A stretch of 64,000 nt of DNA from an uncultured Pseudomonadota bacterium (GTDB lineage: Bacteria > Oederibacteriota > Muellerivitia > Muellerivitales > Muellerivitaceae). The position numbers and the translations under genes were made by a program. A model generated the notes under the pieces. That model was not told the origin of the DNA. It did not search any database and saw only the letters and a list, made by a program, of their open reading frames with translations. Positions within the stretch are counted from its first letter, which is position 1, and the number at the start of each line of letters is the position of its first letter. Shown here piece by piece: positions 37,492 through 47,942 of the stretch. Location of the stretch: NCBI GenBank assembly GCA_963843375.1, contig CAWJKT010000009.1:247245-311244 (forward strand). The letters run 5' to 3'.

Positions 37492-39810
37492 ATGAAATTT
37501 CGATTGGCTTTATTGGCAGCGGCCTTTTTGTTCGCGGGCTGCGGTGGACGGGAAATGGTAAAAACAGGGGGAAATCCCCCGGCGGTGGCCACTCCCATTA
37601 GTTCGGGGACTCCCTTGGCTTCCGGGCCAACGGTGCCAACCTTGGTGGATTTAAAAACCCCCGTAACGGACGCCGATTACCAACAAGCGGTTGCCGCGGT
37701 CGGGGCTTCTGATGTCGACCGGCATAACATCAACCAATTTCTCACCATCGCCCAATACCAATACAATCACGGTAATTTGGCGGACGCATTGAAGATCTAT
37801 CAAAAGACCCTTTTGGCTACTCAAGCCGCTACGCAAGGGGACAAAGCCCAATATATGGTCGGCCAAATTTATTATGAAAAGCAGGATTTTTTGCCGGCCC
37901 TGGCTTCTTTTCAAAATGTATTGTCCAACTACCCCCAATCAACCTATGCCATCCAGAGCCGGCAAATGATGGACTTCATGCTCAGTTATTCACTTAACTT
38001 GGAAGATTTGAAGCGTTACGTGGACAATTATCCCGATTCACCCCTGCAATGCTCGGCTCTTTTCCAACTGGGCAGTCACGAGGCTCAGGCGGGAATTCAA
38101 AACGATGCTATCGAACATTTAAACAAGTTCGTCCAGCAATGCCCCCAGCACCCCTCGGTGTCCGCCGCCCAGCTTATGCTCCAATCCATCCAAAGCCAGA
38201 CGCAAGGAAAGACCTGGAAGATCGGCGTTATGATTCCCCGGACCGGACGTTTTCAGGGTTTTGGTGATTCGGTCCTGAATGGCATTACCTTAGCGGTAGA
38301 ACAGGCCAACCAGTCCGGTGGTTCTAATAAACATATGGCAATTGTGGTAAAGGATACGGGAAGCGAAGGCATGAAGGCGGTGACCGAATTCCAGGATTTG
38401 GTCAAAGACGACAGTCTGGACGCCATCATCGGTCCGATTGCCCCATCGGATATCCAGGCGGTGGCAGCCTTGGCCAACGAGAGGAGGATCACCATGATAT
38501 GTCCCGCGGCCAGCCGGGAAGGCTTGTCGACCTTGGGACCTTACATCTTCAGCAACAGCATGACCAATGAAATGCAGGGAAAAGCCATTGCCCAATACGC
38601 GATACAACGCTTGGGTTTCAAGCGGTTCGCCATTCTGGCCCCCGACGATCTTTATGGGCAGACCCTTTCGGAAAGCTTTCAAAAAACGGTGGGTTCCATG
38701 GGTGCCACCGTGTTGGCCTCCGAGACCTACATCCCCGGTTCAACGGATTTCAAAAAGCAGTTAGTGGATATGGGGGGACAGGACCCCGAATCATCCAAAG
38801 AAAACGACCGGGAAAACGCGCGGCGTCTAGATGAATTGAAGTACAACATTTCCAAGGAAGTGGGAAAGATTTTCCTGAAGGTCAAGGATTTGTCCAATGC
38901 CTCCGGGGTCGCAGCTACTACTACGCCGGTGGCGGCTTTTGTTCCATTGGTGGAAAGCCTTTCCAATACGATTTGCCCCTCGATCGTTGGGGACATCAAT
39001 GCCGCAGTGAAGGACTCCTTGAAAAGCCAGACAAGCTATATCTTCCGGACCGACGATATCATCAAACAATCCTTGCAACGGCTGCCGATAGAGCTGAAAG
39101 GGACAACCGTAACCGCTTCGGCGGACCAATGGGCTGAAGTGGCGCAGGACATGCAAGCCTCGTTGATCATTACCGGCCATATTCTGGAACCCACGCCGGA
39201 AAACGACTGGGGTGCCTATCCCGCCTGGGACTACAACGTCCATTTTGAGGCTTTTTGGATGGATCCCAATAAGAACGCCATGGTGAAAATCTACCAGAGC
39301 AAAATCCCCTATAGCGTTTTCAAGCCGGCGTCCATGATTCGCGGCAACAACGGCTACCAGGCTCTTTATCTTCCGGCGCATTCAGCGGAAGTGCCCCTAT
39401 TGGTTTCTCAAGTGCATTATTATGACTTAAGCCCGGTATTTTTGGGCGGCCACCTTTGGGACAATGACACGATATTGCAGGAGGGGGCCAAGGACATGGA
39501 AGGCTCCTATTTCGTGACGGGATTTTTCGTGGATAGCCAGCAGGGAACGGTCAAGAAGTTCGTGGACGATTACATGAACAAATTCGCTAAACGACCGGAT
39601 TTGCTCGCGGCCCAGGCTTATGACGCGACCCGGTTGTTATTCCAAGCTGCAAACCTTTCCATGAACCGGGATGACATCCACAATAATCTCTTGCAGATCA
39701 AGGACTTCGACGGGGTCAGTGGTAAGACCAACTTCGGAGGCCAGGGCGAAGCGGATAAACTGGTGCCAATACTGCAGATCAAAGACGGGAAGTACCAACA
39801 GGTTCAATAA
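37492..39810 (+). CDS. Lipoprotein with TPR/BamD-like N-terminus and periplasmic-binding-fold (LpoA/LppC-like) C-terminus
   Basis: LFAGC lipobox, TPRs, KIGVMIPRTG, IIGP, AAQAYDA, FDGVSGKTNF. Confidence 0.75.
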   Translation: MKFRLALLAAAFLFAGCGGREMVKTGGNPPAVATPISSGTPLASGPTVPTLVDLKTPVTDADYQQAVAAVGASDVDRHNINQFLTIAQYQYNHGNLADALKIYQKTLLATQAATQGDKAQYMVGQIYYEKQDFLPALASFQNVLSNYPQSTYAIQSRQMMDFMLSYSLNLEDLKRYVDNYPDSPLQCSALFQLGSHEAQAGIQNDAIEHLNKFVQQCPQHPSVSAAQLMLQSIQSQTQGKTWKIGVMIPRTGRFQGFGDSVLNGITLAVEQANQSGGSNKHMAIVVKDTGSEGMKAVTEFQDLVKDDSLDAIIGPIAPSDIQAVAALANERRITMICPAASREGLSTLGPYIFSNSMTNEMQGKAIAQYAIQRLGFKRFAILAPDDLYGQTLSESFQKTVGSMGATVLASETYIPGSTDFKKQLVDMGGQDPESSKENDRENARRLDELKYNISKEVGKIFLKVKDLSNASGVAATTTPVAAFVPLVESLSNTICPSIVGDINAAVKDSLKSQTSYIFRTDDIIKQSLQRLPIELKGTTVTASADQWAEVAQDMQASLIITGHILEPTPENDWGAYPAWDYNVHFEAFWMDPNKNAMVKIYQSKIPYSVFKPASMIRGNNGYQALYLPAHSAEVPLLVSQVHYYDLSPVFLGGHLWDNDTILQEGAKDMEGSYFVTGFFVDSQQGTVKKFVDDYMNKFAKRPDLLAAQAYDATRLLFQAANLSMNRDDIHNNLLQIKDFDGVSGKTNFGGQGEADKLVPILQIKDGKYQQVQ

Positions 39811-39850
39811 AATTTAATCGCTATTATTGCATGTGCCATTTTATGCGGAG

Positions 39851-39880
39851 AAACAACCTCGGTTCATAGGTGGTTTTTTT
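39851..39880 (+). terminator. Probable Rho-independent terminator
   Basis: AAACAACCT..AGGTGGTTT followed by a T-run. Confidence 0.45.
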
Positions 39881-39965
39881 AGTTTGGAATTGCTGTTGGT
39901 TGACGTTTTGATACGGTCTCTTATACTCAATTCAATAGAATGAGAAGCCAGATAAAGGTTTAGAA

Positions 39966-40136
39966 ATGCCAAAAATTTTAGTAGAAATACCAAGCAGGTA
40001 TTTGAAACCCCTGGATAAAATAGCCCAGCAAAAAAAAACCACACGTCATGAATTGATTCTAAATGCTATCCGAATCTGCTTTAGGCCCAAGAAGACTTCT
40101 GAGGGATTTTTAGGAAAACGAAAAGATGGCAGATAA
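39966..40136 (+). CDS. Small ribbon-helix-helix (CopG-like) protein, 56 aa, missing from the ORF track
   Basis: MPKILVEIPSRYLKPLDKIAQQKKTTRHELILNAIRICF...; overlaps the hisS start. Confidence 0.6.
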   Translation: MPKILVEIPSRYLKPLDKIAQQKKTTRHELILNAIRICFRPKKTSEGFLGKRKDGR

Positions 40137-41574
40137 CACCAAATTCGGCCCGCCCAAGGGCATGCGCGACTGGCTTCCACAGGAAACTCTCTTGCGCCAA
40201 AAGCTTATCCGACTAATCGAATCCCATTACCAGCTTTATGGATTCCAGCCGATTGATACGCCCGTTATGGAAAACATTGAAGTTCTGCAGGGGAAGGGCG
40301 GGGGCGAGAATGAGAAGTTGATGTTTAAGATCGAAAAAAGGGGAGAAGAGCTTACTTCGGTTCTCCAAGCGTTCATGGAGAGTGCTGGAACCGAAAATGA
40401 AAAGCAAGCCGAAGCCCAGTTGAAATTGAAAAACGATATTACCGACATGGGTCTTCGCTTTGACCTCACGGTTCCCCTGGCCCGCTACTATGCCAACCAC
40501 GCCAATGAGTTGCCCAAGCCGTTGCGTTGTTATCACATCGGCCCTGTCTGGCGGGCGGACAAACCCCAGAGGGGCAGGTATCGTGAGTTCTATCAGTGCG
40601 ATATCGATATTATCGGGGGTTCCTCGGATGCCTATGAAGTGGAACTACTACTTGCTACCGATCGAGTCTTAAAAGAATTAAATATTGGAAAGTTCCGAAT
40701 TCGTATAAGTAGTAAAGAACTTATGCCGTTTTGGCTTTGGTTAAATGGAGTTTATCCTGGGAGCAATGAGCGGGCTCAAGAGATTTGCTTGATTTTGGAT
40801 AAAGTTGATAAGAAAGATATTGACGAAATATTTAATGAGCTGATGCCAATAATGCCAGAAGAACAACTTCGAGGGTTGAAAAAAATTATACTTGATTCGA
40901 AAAACGGACAAGTGATTTCAAAAGATAGAATGATGGAACGGTTCTACAATGGTGATAAAGATCTGGTTCTTGAGGAGAAGTTTTCTGAATTATTGAATCG
41001 GATTTTAGGGATCGTTTTGCGTGTTAAAGAAGTTAATCCTGATGCTAATGTTGTTTTTGATCCTATATTGATGCGTGGTTTTGACTATTACACTGGGCCA
41101 GTATTTGAGATCAACGTAGAAGACAAGGATTTTAACTTCTCCATTGGGGGCGGGGGCCGATACGATGGACTAATTGAAAAGTTAGGAGGGCCCAAGAATA
41201 CACCAGCGGTCGGGATTTCTCTGGGCTTCGAACGAATTTTGCTCGTTCTGGCAGAAAAGAGGAAGTCTGAAACCCAAGCACGTTATTCAAGGGTATTTAT
41301 CGTCAATAACGGTCAATCCGAAAAAGATATTCTGGCCCTTGGGGAGCAGTTGCGTTCGGAGGGTATTCAGGTGGAAACATCCCTGGAAAACAAGAAGATC
41401 GGTCAGCAGTTGGAAGCCGCACAAAAAAGCGGGATCGAGTATGCCATCATCGAATTCCAACCCGGCCACAAATCCTTCAAAGTTCGCCAACTTTCCACAA
41501 GACAAGACCGGGAAATGCCATTAGCGGAGCTTTACGACATCATGAAACGTCTTTCCCAAGGCGTGGATGATTAA
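40126..41574 (+). CDS. hisS: Histidine--tRNA ligase
   Basis: PPKGMRD, LRFDLTVP, RYREFYQCDIDI, RGFDYYTG, GGGGRYD, AVGISLGFER. Confidence 0.96.
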   Translation: MADNTKFGPPKGMRDWLPQETLLRQKLIRLIESHYQLYGFQPIDTPVMENIEVLQGKGGGENEKLMFKIEKRGEELTSVLQAFMESAGTENEKQAEAQLKLKNDITDMGLRFDLTVPLARYYANHANELPKPLRCYHIGPVWRADKPQRGRYREFYQCDIDIIGGSSDAYEVELLLATDRVLKELNIGKFRIRISSKELMPFWLWLNGVYPGSNERAQEICLILDKVDKKDIDEIFNELMPIMPEEQLRGLKKIILDSKNGQVISKDRMMERFYNGDKDLVLEEKFSELLNRILGIVLRVKEVNPDANVVFDPILMRGFDYYTGPVFEINVEDKDFNFSIGGGGRYDGLIEKLGGPKNTPAVGISLGFERILLVLAEKRKSETQARYSRVFIVNNGQSEKDILALGEQLRSEGIQVETSLENKKIGQQLEAAQKSGIEYAIIEFQPGHKSFKVRQLSTRQDREMPLAELYDIMKRLSQGVDD

Positions 41575-41655
41575 ATCGATGTATTGAGCGGTTAAAAAGT
41601 TGTGTTATTATACGGCTCCTTTTAGGGGCCTTTTTCATTTACAGGAGTTACGAAC

Positions 41656-43446
41656 GTGGCGGAAATGCTTGGCGGTTGGAAAAGATCACATAAATGCGGC
41701 GACTTGCGGGCGTCGGATGTCGGTAAAACCGTCACTCTGATGGGCTGGGTACACCACCGCCGGGACCATGGCGGCTTGGTATTCGTGGATTTGCGCGACC
41801 GTTACGGCGTGACTCAAATCGTGTTTGACCCACAATTGGCCGATAGGGTTCATAAACAATCCCATCTCATTCGCAACGAATGGGTTTTAGCTGTCAAAGG
41901 CGAAGTGACCAAACGCCCCGAAGGCACTATCAATAACAAAATTGCCACCGGTGAGATTGAAATCCGGTGTACCGAAGTGAAGGTTCTGAACGAGTCTCAA
42001 ACCCCGGTGTTTCCCATTGAGGACGACGTGGATGTTGCCGAAGAAACCCGCATGGAATATCGCTATCTCGATTTGCGCCGCGAGTCCATGAAGGGAAAAT
42101 TGATTGCCCGCCATAAGATGTCAATGGCCGCGCGCAATTACATGAGCGATGAAGGTTTTCTTGAAATTGAGACGCCGATCCTGATCAAGAATACCCCGGA
42201 AGGTTCCCGCGAATATGTGGTGCCGAGCCGTGTTAACCCGGGAAAGTTTTTCGTTCTTCCTCAGAGTCCCCAGCAATTAAAGCAGACCTGCATGATCGCG
42301 GGCTTGGACAAGTATTTCCAAGTCGCAAAGTGTTTTCGGGATGAGGACCTGCGCGCCGATCGCCAGCCCGAATTTACCCAGATCGACTGGGAAATGTCCT
42401 TCATCGATGAGGAGGATATCTACCGGGTCGGGGAAGGTCTCATGAAGGCCATTTTTAAAGGCGCTTTGGGTGAGGACTTGAAAACCCCTTTTCCCCGTTT
42501 GACCTATGCCGAGGCGCTCGGGCGTTACGGAAACGACAAGCCGGACCTTCGTTTTGACCTTCCTTTGGTGGATGTCACCGCCATCGCGGCCAAGTCCGAT
42601 TTCAAGGTGTTTAAGGACGTTATATCCCGTGGCGATGTCGTCAAGGCCCTGAACGCCAAGGGCTGCGCGGATTTCTCCCGCAAGGATATGGACGACCTGA
42701 CGGCTTTTGTCGGGAAATACGGGGCCAAGGGAATGGCCTGGTTTAAAGTCAAGGACGCAAAGCTGGATTCCAATATCACCAAGTATTTTTCGCCCGAGGT
42801 TCAAACCGAATTGTTGAAAGAACTCAAGGGTGAGGAAGGCGATCTCTTCCTTTTTGGGGCGGATCAATTAGCTACCGTGAACGAATCATTGGGAGCGCTT
42901 CGGGTGGAAATTGCCCGCCGAAAGGGTTTAATCGAAAAGGGTGCCAAGTGGGCCTTTACCTGGGTAACGGACTTCCCCATGTTCGGCAAGGACGAGAAGG
43001 GAAGGCTTTACTCTATGAACCATCCTTTCACCGCGCCCCGGGAAAAGGATGCGCCCCTCCTGGATACCGATCCGACCCAGGTGACGGCCCGGGCTTATGA
43101 CATGGTTTTAAATGGTTTTGAATTGGGCAGCGGTACAATCCGCATCCATGATTCCGCCATGCAATCCAAGATATTCAGCCTGCTGGATATCTCCCCGGAA
43201 AAAGCACAGGAGCGATTCGGCTTTTTACTCAAGGCCTTAACCTTTGGAGCCCCTCCCCACGGGGGGATGGCTGTTGGATTGGACCGCATCGCCATGCTTT
43301 TGACAGGCGCGCCAAACATCCGGGACGTCATTGCCTTCCCCAAAACAGCCAAGGCCACCGACCTTATGACCGGTTCACCTTCCGAAATTGATGAGGAGTT
43401 GATGAAGGAGCTCAAGATCAAGATCGAGCTGGAAGATCTTACCTAA
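41656..43446 (+). CDS. aspS: Aspartate--tRNA ligase
   Basis: RRDHGGLVFVDLRD, PQSPQ, FRDEDLRADRQPEFTQ, GAPPHGG, RDVIAFPK. Confidence 0.97.
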   Translation: MAEMLGGWKRSHKCGDLRASDVGKTVTLMGWVHHRRDHGGLVFVDLRDRYGVTQIVFDPQLADRVHKQSHLIRNEWVLAVKGEVTKRPEGTINNKIATGEIEIRCTEVKVLNESQTPVFPIEDDVDVAEETRMEYRYLDLRRESMKGKLIARHKMSMAARNYMSDEGFLEIETPILIKNTPEGSREYVVPSRVNPGKFFVLPQSPQQLKQTCMIAGLDKYFQVAKCFRDEDLRADRQPEFTQIDWEMSFIDEEDIYRVGEGLMKAIFKGALGEDLKTPFPRLTYAEALGRYGNDKPDLRFDLPLVDVTAIAAKSDFKVFKDVISRGDVVKALNAKGCADFSRKDMDDLTAFVGKYGAKGMAWFKVKDAKLDSNITKYFSPEVQTELLKELKGEEGDLFLFGADQLATVNESLGALRVEIARRKGLIEKGAKWAFTWVTDFPMFGKDEKGRLYSMNHPFTAPREKDAPLLDTDPTQVTARAYDMVLNGFELGSGTIRIHDSAMQSKIFSLLDISPEKAQERFGFLLKALTFGAPPHGGMAVGLDRIAMLLTGAPNIRDVIAFPKTAKATDLMTGSPSEIDEELMKELKIKIELEDLT

Positions 43447-45617
43447 ATCAGCTTGATTTGGAATGACTCGCAATAAAAGGGCTTATTCACTGCTCGGAAG
43501 GATTTTGGCAACCAGCCTTCCCTCATCAGTTTCTTTCCTTTGAATTTCGATTTCTCGCCTTGAATTTCATATTTCTTCGTTGGATTTAACCCGCGTAAAC
43601 GAATAGGTCTGGCCTTTACTCCTTTTTTAAAAGGCTTCACCTGGAACACAAAAAGCAGGGCCTCCGTTTGGGTATCGTTGACGAACATCCAGGAAGCACG
43701 ATTGGAATCGTAGGGGCTTTCCAGACGGTGAAAATCCCCGAATTGAACCAAGGGCCGGATTCTCTTGTATTGGACGATATAACCGATCACCTCTTTTTTC
43801 TCCTTCGCTGTCCACTTTGTCACATCCAATTCCAAACCGAAGTTTCCGGACATCGCCATCAGAGCCCGCCATTTTAGGGGGGTCTCCCGCTTCGTAATGT
43901 GATTAGGGGAGGCCGCGATATGGGCACCTTGGGTAATGGGGGGATAGCAAAATCCGGTGCCATATTGGATGAAAAGCCGGTCCAGACCGTCGCTGTTATC
44001 CGAAGTCCAGATTTGGGGATGATAACTTAGTATTCCAAGGTCAAAACGGGCCCCGCCGCCCGCGCAACCCTCAAAAAGGATATGGGGAAACCTCTTGTTG
44101 AAGCGGTCCATCAGTTCGTAAACCCCGAACATGTAGCGATGGCAAAGCTCGGTTTGACGGTCGGGGGACAGGACTTCGTTGCCCACCTCGGTGAGGGCGC
44201 GGTTCATGTCCCATTTCACATAGTCGACCTTAGCTTCCTCCAGCACCTTGCCGATCGTGTCGAAAAGATAATCCCTGATTTCCTTGCGACTCATGTCCAA
44301 GACTAATTGGGTTCGGAAAGTCAGGCGTTCCCGGCCCGGCACATGGAGGCACCAGTCGGGATGCTGTTCGTAAAGTTTGCTTTTCGGGGAGATCATTTCG
44401 GGTTCGATCCAAAGGCCGAACTTCATCCCCAGAGCCTGGATGTCTTCCGCCAGGGCCTTTATCCCCTTAGGCAGTTTCTTTCTGTCCTCAAACCAATCGC
44501 CCAGGGAACTGTCGTCCTTGTCCCTTTCCCCGAACCAGCCGTCATCCAAAACCATGAGTTCCACGCCCATTTCCCCGGCGGTTTTGGCGATGCGCAGGAT
44601 GTCATCATGATTAAAGTTGAAATAAGTGGCTTCCCAATTGTTGATCAGGATGGGCCGGGGTTTGTCCCGCCATTCGCCCCGGGTTACGCGTTTGCGGATG
44701 AAGGGATGGAAGTTGCGGCTTAACCCGCTAAAACCCGTTTTGGAATAGGTCATGACGCATTCGGGGGTGAAAAAGGATTTTCCCGGTTCCAGACGCCATT
44801 TAAAATCAAAGTCATTTAGGCCCATGCCTAACCGCAGCCATCCGTTGCGTTGAATTTCCGCTTCCAAAACCCAATTTCCGCTATAAGCCAGGGCCAGGCC
44901 GTAAACTTCGCCTTTTTCCTCGTCCGCCCCGCCCCGGGCGACCATGACATAAGGGTTCATTTCGTGGGAGGAAATACCGCGGCGGCTTTCCAGCCGAACG
45001 GTTCCTTGCAGGAGGGTCTGCTTTTGGAGGCGGCGTTCATGGGCCCAAGCGCCCGGAAAACTGATGAGTTGGTAATCACCCTCAGGTAGGTCGATTCCGG
45101 TGCTCATGAGTTTCAGGACATGGATGGTTTCAGATCCGTTATTTTGAAGAGCGGCCCGCTTGACCAAGATTCCCCATTCGGGATAGAGAGTGTAATAAAG
45201 GGTGAGATCGATGTTTTTGAATTCATCCCGCAAAATTATTCGAAGGGTTTCCGCTTCCAAGGAATTCTCCACGTAAGAACAAGGTCCCTCAAAGACGGGC
45301 TTTCCGGGAATGATTTCATGGGACAGGTAAGTGAAGTGGCTGATACGGGAACCATCCGAATGTTCCAGGCGAAAAGCCGGGTTCCGAAGGTCGTTGTGAC
45401 CGAAATCGGGGAATTCGCGGCGTTGGTTTTCCATGATGACGGTTGATTCGGAGGTTCGGGTTCTCCATTCGGTTAGCAGCTTTATCAAGGCGTGCGGTGA
45501 AAGAGAAGGGCCCCAATGGAGGTGATGCAAATCGCCCTTGGGGGATATTCCAAGGACGTAATAAAAACTTCCGTCCTCGATGAGGAAATAGTTTTGGTCT
45601 TGGTTGAAAGTGATCAT
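43443..45617 (-). CDS. Alpha-galactosidase, GH36
   Basis: INNWEATYF, VLDDGWFG, FGLWIEPEM, YVKWDMNR, EGCAGGGAR, WTSDN. Confidence 0.95.
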   Translation of the reverse strand: MITFNQDQNYFLIEDGSFYYVLGISPKGDLHHLHWGPSLSPHALIKLLTEWRTRTSESTVIMENQRREFPDFGHNDLRNPAFRLEHSDGSRISHFTYLSHEIIPGKPVFEGPCSYVENSLEAETLRIILRDEFKNIDLTLYYTLYPEWGILVKRAALQNNGSETIHVLKLMSTGIDLPEGDYQLISFPGAWAHERRLQKQTLLQGTVRLESRRGISSHEMNPYVMVARGGADEEKGEVYGLALAYSGNWVLEAEIQRNGWLRLGMGLNDFDFKWRLEPGKSFFTPECVMTYSKTGFSGLSRNFHPFIRKRVTRGEWRDKPRPILINNWEATYFNFNHDDILRIAKTAGEMGVELMVLDDGWFGERDKDDSSLGDWFEDRKKLPKGIKALAEDIQALGMKFGLWIEPEMISPKSKLYEQHPDWCLHVPGRERLTFRTQLVLDMSRKEIRDYLFDTIGKVLEEAKVDYVKWDMNRALTEVGNEVLSPDRQTELCHRYMFGVYELMDRFNKRFPHILFEGCAGGGARFDLGILSYHPQIWTSDNSDGLDRLFIQYGTGFCYPPITQGAHIAASPNHITKRETPLKWRALMAMSGNFGLELDVTKWTAKEKKEVIGYIVQYKRIRPLVQFGDFHRLESPYDSNRASWMFVNDTQTEALLFVFQVKPFKKGVKARPIRLRGLNPTKKYEIQGEKSKFKGKKLMREGWLPKSFRAVNKPFYCESFQIKLI

Positions 45618-45803
45618 GATGTCCGGATGGTTTAGGTTGGAGGAATTTTAACCCATGAACGTTTCAAGTTAAATAAACCCTTTTCCCTTTAAAGTGTTCT
45701 TTTCATGCCCTTTCACGATGCCTGCACTCGGCCTTGACGAGTTCTTTATTTGCTTCGATAATGATTCACGCGGTGGTTGAAACTACCCAAGGGGGCATAA
45801 GCA

Positions 45804-46349
45804 ATGAAATATTCGAAAATACTATTGGTTGCCGCGGTTATGGCCGGTTTTGTTGTGACCGGATGTACCGGACAAAAAAGGGTTGAAGGAACCGAAGTAC
45901 CCACCCAACCCCAAACCAATGACGTAACCATGCCGGCCCAAGCCATGCCGGAGGCTCCGCCCGCCCCCGAAGTGCCACCCGCGCCTGAGGCCCCGCCCGC
46001 CATGGCCGTTGCCACACCCGTCCCAACCGAAGCCCCGGCTCCTCCGCCGCCCCCGCCGGTTGCGACTGAGAAGGCTCTTGAGAAGTATATCGTGGTCAAG
46101 GGTGACACCCTTTGGGGCATCTCGGGCATGTCGATCATTTATAAGGATAATTTCCAATGGCCTTTGCTCTTCAAGGAGAACAGGGATCAAATCAAAGATC
46201 CGGATTTAATCTATCCCAAACAGGAATTCCTGATTCGAAGGGATTGGACCCAGGAAGACCTGGATAAAGCCCACAAGGACGCGAATGACACTCCGAAGTA
46301 TGTGCCTCACACCGCTCCGCGTGAAACCTTGCCGGTGGATTATTTCTGA
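45804..46349 (+). CDS. LysM-domain lipoprotein with Pro-rich linker
   Basis: VVTGC lipobox; YIVVKGDTLWGIS..IKDPDLIYP. Confidence 0.88.
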   Translation: MKYSKILLVAAVMAGFVVTGCTGQKRVEGTEVPTQPQTNDVTMPAQAMPEAPPAPEVPPAPEAPPAMAVATPVPTEAPAPPPPPPVATEKALEKYIVVKGDTLWGISGMSIIYKDNFQWPLLFKENRDQIKDPDLIYPKQEFLIRRDWTQEDLDKAHKDANDTPKYVPHTAPRETLPVDYF

Positions 46350-46385
46350 GTTGGGCGGCATTCAAGAATTTTAAGTTTGAAATTT

Positions 46386-46426
46386 AAAGACTCCCTTTTC
46401 TTGTGATCTAAGGAAAGGGAGTTTTT
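46386..46426 (+). terminator. Probable Rho-independent terminator
   Basis: ACTCCCTTT..AAAGGGAGT plus T-run after the LysM gene. Confidence 0.55.
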
Positions 46427-46452
46427 GTTTATTTGGCATTTATCCGCTTTAG

Positions 46453-47457
46453 TTGAATTTAATGGAGGAAATCTTGGTCCAGGCCGTGAGCCGTCGAATT
46501 ACTTTGGATGACCATCAGGAATGCGTGAGGTTGTTCGGGGAAAAAGACCATACCTTGAAGCTTCTTCAGGATTCCTTTGCCGTTACCTTGGTAGCCCGGG
46601 GCAACGAAATCATTCTTTCCGGCGAACCCCTGGAGGTTTCCCACGCCAGCCAAGTCATCGAAAAATTAAGACTCCATTTGAAAAAGGAAAACGAAGGTTA
46701 CCTGCAAGTCGGCTCGGTGAGGAAAATGATCGCCGAAACCAAAGGGGACAAGCCGGAGGCGGAAGAAGAGGTTCATGAGACCATCCTTGTATCCTCCCAC
46801 AAGAAACCGGTTTCCGCCCGTTCGGCCAACCAGCAAAAGTATGTGGATGCCATCAAGAAAAACGACATCGTATTCGGCATCGGTCCCGCCGGAACCGGCA
46901 AGACCTATTTGGCGATGGCGATGGCGGTGGCGTCTTTGAGGGAGGCGGAAGTGGAAAGACTGATCCTCACCCGCCCCGCTGTGGAAGCGGGGGAAAAACT
47001 GGGGTTTCTGCCGGGGGACCTGCAGGACAAAGTCGACCCCTATTTGAGGCCCCTCTACGACGCCCTTTATGACATGGTGGAGTACGACAAACTACAAAGG
47101 CTATTTCATCAGCGAACGGTGGAAGTGGCGCCTTTGGCCTATATGCGGGGCCGCACCCTCTCGAACGCCTTCATCATCCTTGACGAAGCCCAGAACACCA
47201 GTCCGGAACAGATGAAGATGTTCCTGACCCGCATGGGGAACGGTTCCAAGATGGTGGTCACCGGGGATGTCACCCAGATCGACCTGCCCCAGGGTAAAAG
47301 TTCAGGCTTAATTGAAGTCCAACAGATTCTTTCCAAAGTGAAGGGAGTGGAATTTGTCTTTTTCAGCCCCAAAGATGTGGTGAGGCACTATCTGGTTCAA
47401 CATATCCTTGAGGCTTACCACGTCCGCGACGAGCAAAAGAAGGATAAGTTGGTTTGA
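46453..47457 (+). CDS. phoH: PhoH family ATPase
   Basis: GPAGTGKT, LTRPAVEAGE, APLAYMRGRT, ILDEAQN, VVTGD, VVRH. Confidence 0.95.
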   Translation: MNLMEEILVQAVSRRITLDDHQECVRLFGEKDHTLKLLQDSFAVTLVARGNEIILSGEPLEVSHASQVIEKLRLHLKKENEGYLQVGSVRKMIAETKGDKPEAEEEVHETILVSSHKKPVSARSANQQKYVDAIKKNDIVFGIGPAGTGKTYLAMAMAVASLREAEVERLILTRPAVEAGEKLGFLPGDLQDKVDPYLRPLYDALYDMVEYDKLQRLFHQRTVEVAPLAYMRGRTLSNAFIILDEAQNTSPEQMKMFLTRMGNGSKMVVTGDVTQIDLPQGKSSGLIEVQQILSKVKGVEFVFFSPKDVVRHYLVQHILEAYHVRDEQKKDKLV

Positions 47458-47479
47458 TGATGAGCCAGCGGCCCTATTG

Positions 47480-47935
47480 ATGAAACTCTTGGTCAGGCAT
47501 AAGGGGATAAAACAGCCCCTGTCCGATGAAGTTCTTCGGAAATATTCCTCCCTTGTTTTAAAAACCGTGAAAGGCGGGGCTTTTGAAAAAAAAACCGAGC
47601 TTTCACTGGTGCTGACCAATGACAGGGAAATGAAGACGCTGAACAAAGCTTATCGAAACAAAGATGAAACCACGGATGTCCTTTCCTTTCCCCTTTTGGA
47701 GGGGAAAAAAATGAAATCCGGGTTGAAGGAAGCCATTCCCTTGGGGGATGTGGTTATCAGCCTTCCTCAAACCCGTCGGCAGGCCGCTAATCAGGGCAAG
47801 AAATTTAACGAAGAATTGGCCCTTTTGCTCACCCATGGAATTCTCCACCTTTTAGGCTATGATCATGTGACAAAGGCCCAGGAGAAAAGGATGTTTGGGC
47901 TTCAAAAGCGTCTTTTGAAGAAGTGGAAAACCTAA
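47480..47935 (+). CDS. ybeY: rRNA maturation endoribonuclease YbeY
   Basis: TDVLSFP, LGDVVIS, HGILHLLGYDH. Confidence 0.93.
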   Translation: MKLLVRHKGIKQPLSDEVLRKYSSLVLKTVKGGAFEKKTELSLVLTNDREMKTLNKAYRNKDETTDVLSFPLLEGKKMKSGLKEAIPLGDVVISLPQTRRQAANQGKKFNEELALLLTHGILHLLGYDHVTKAQEKRMFGLQKRLLKKWKT

Positions 47936-47942
47936 TCCTCGC

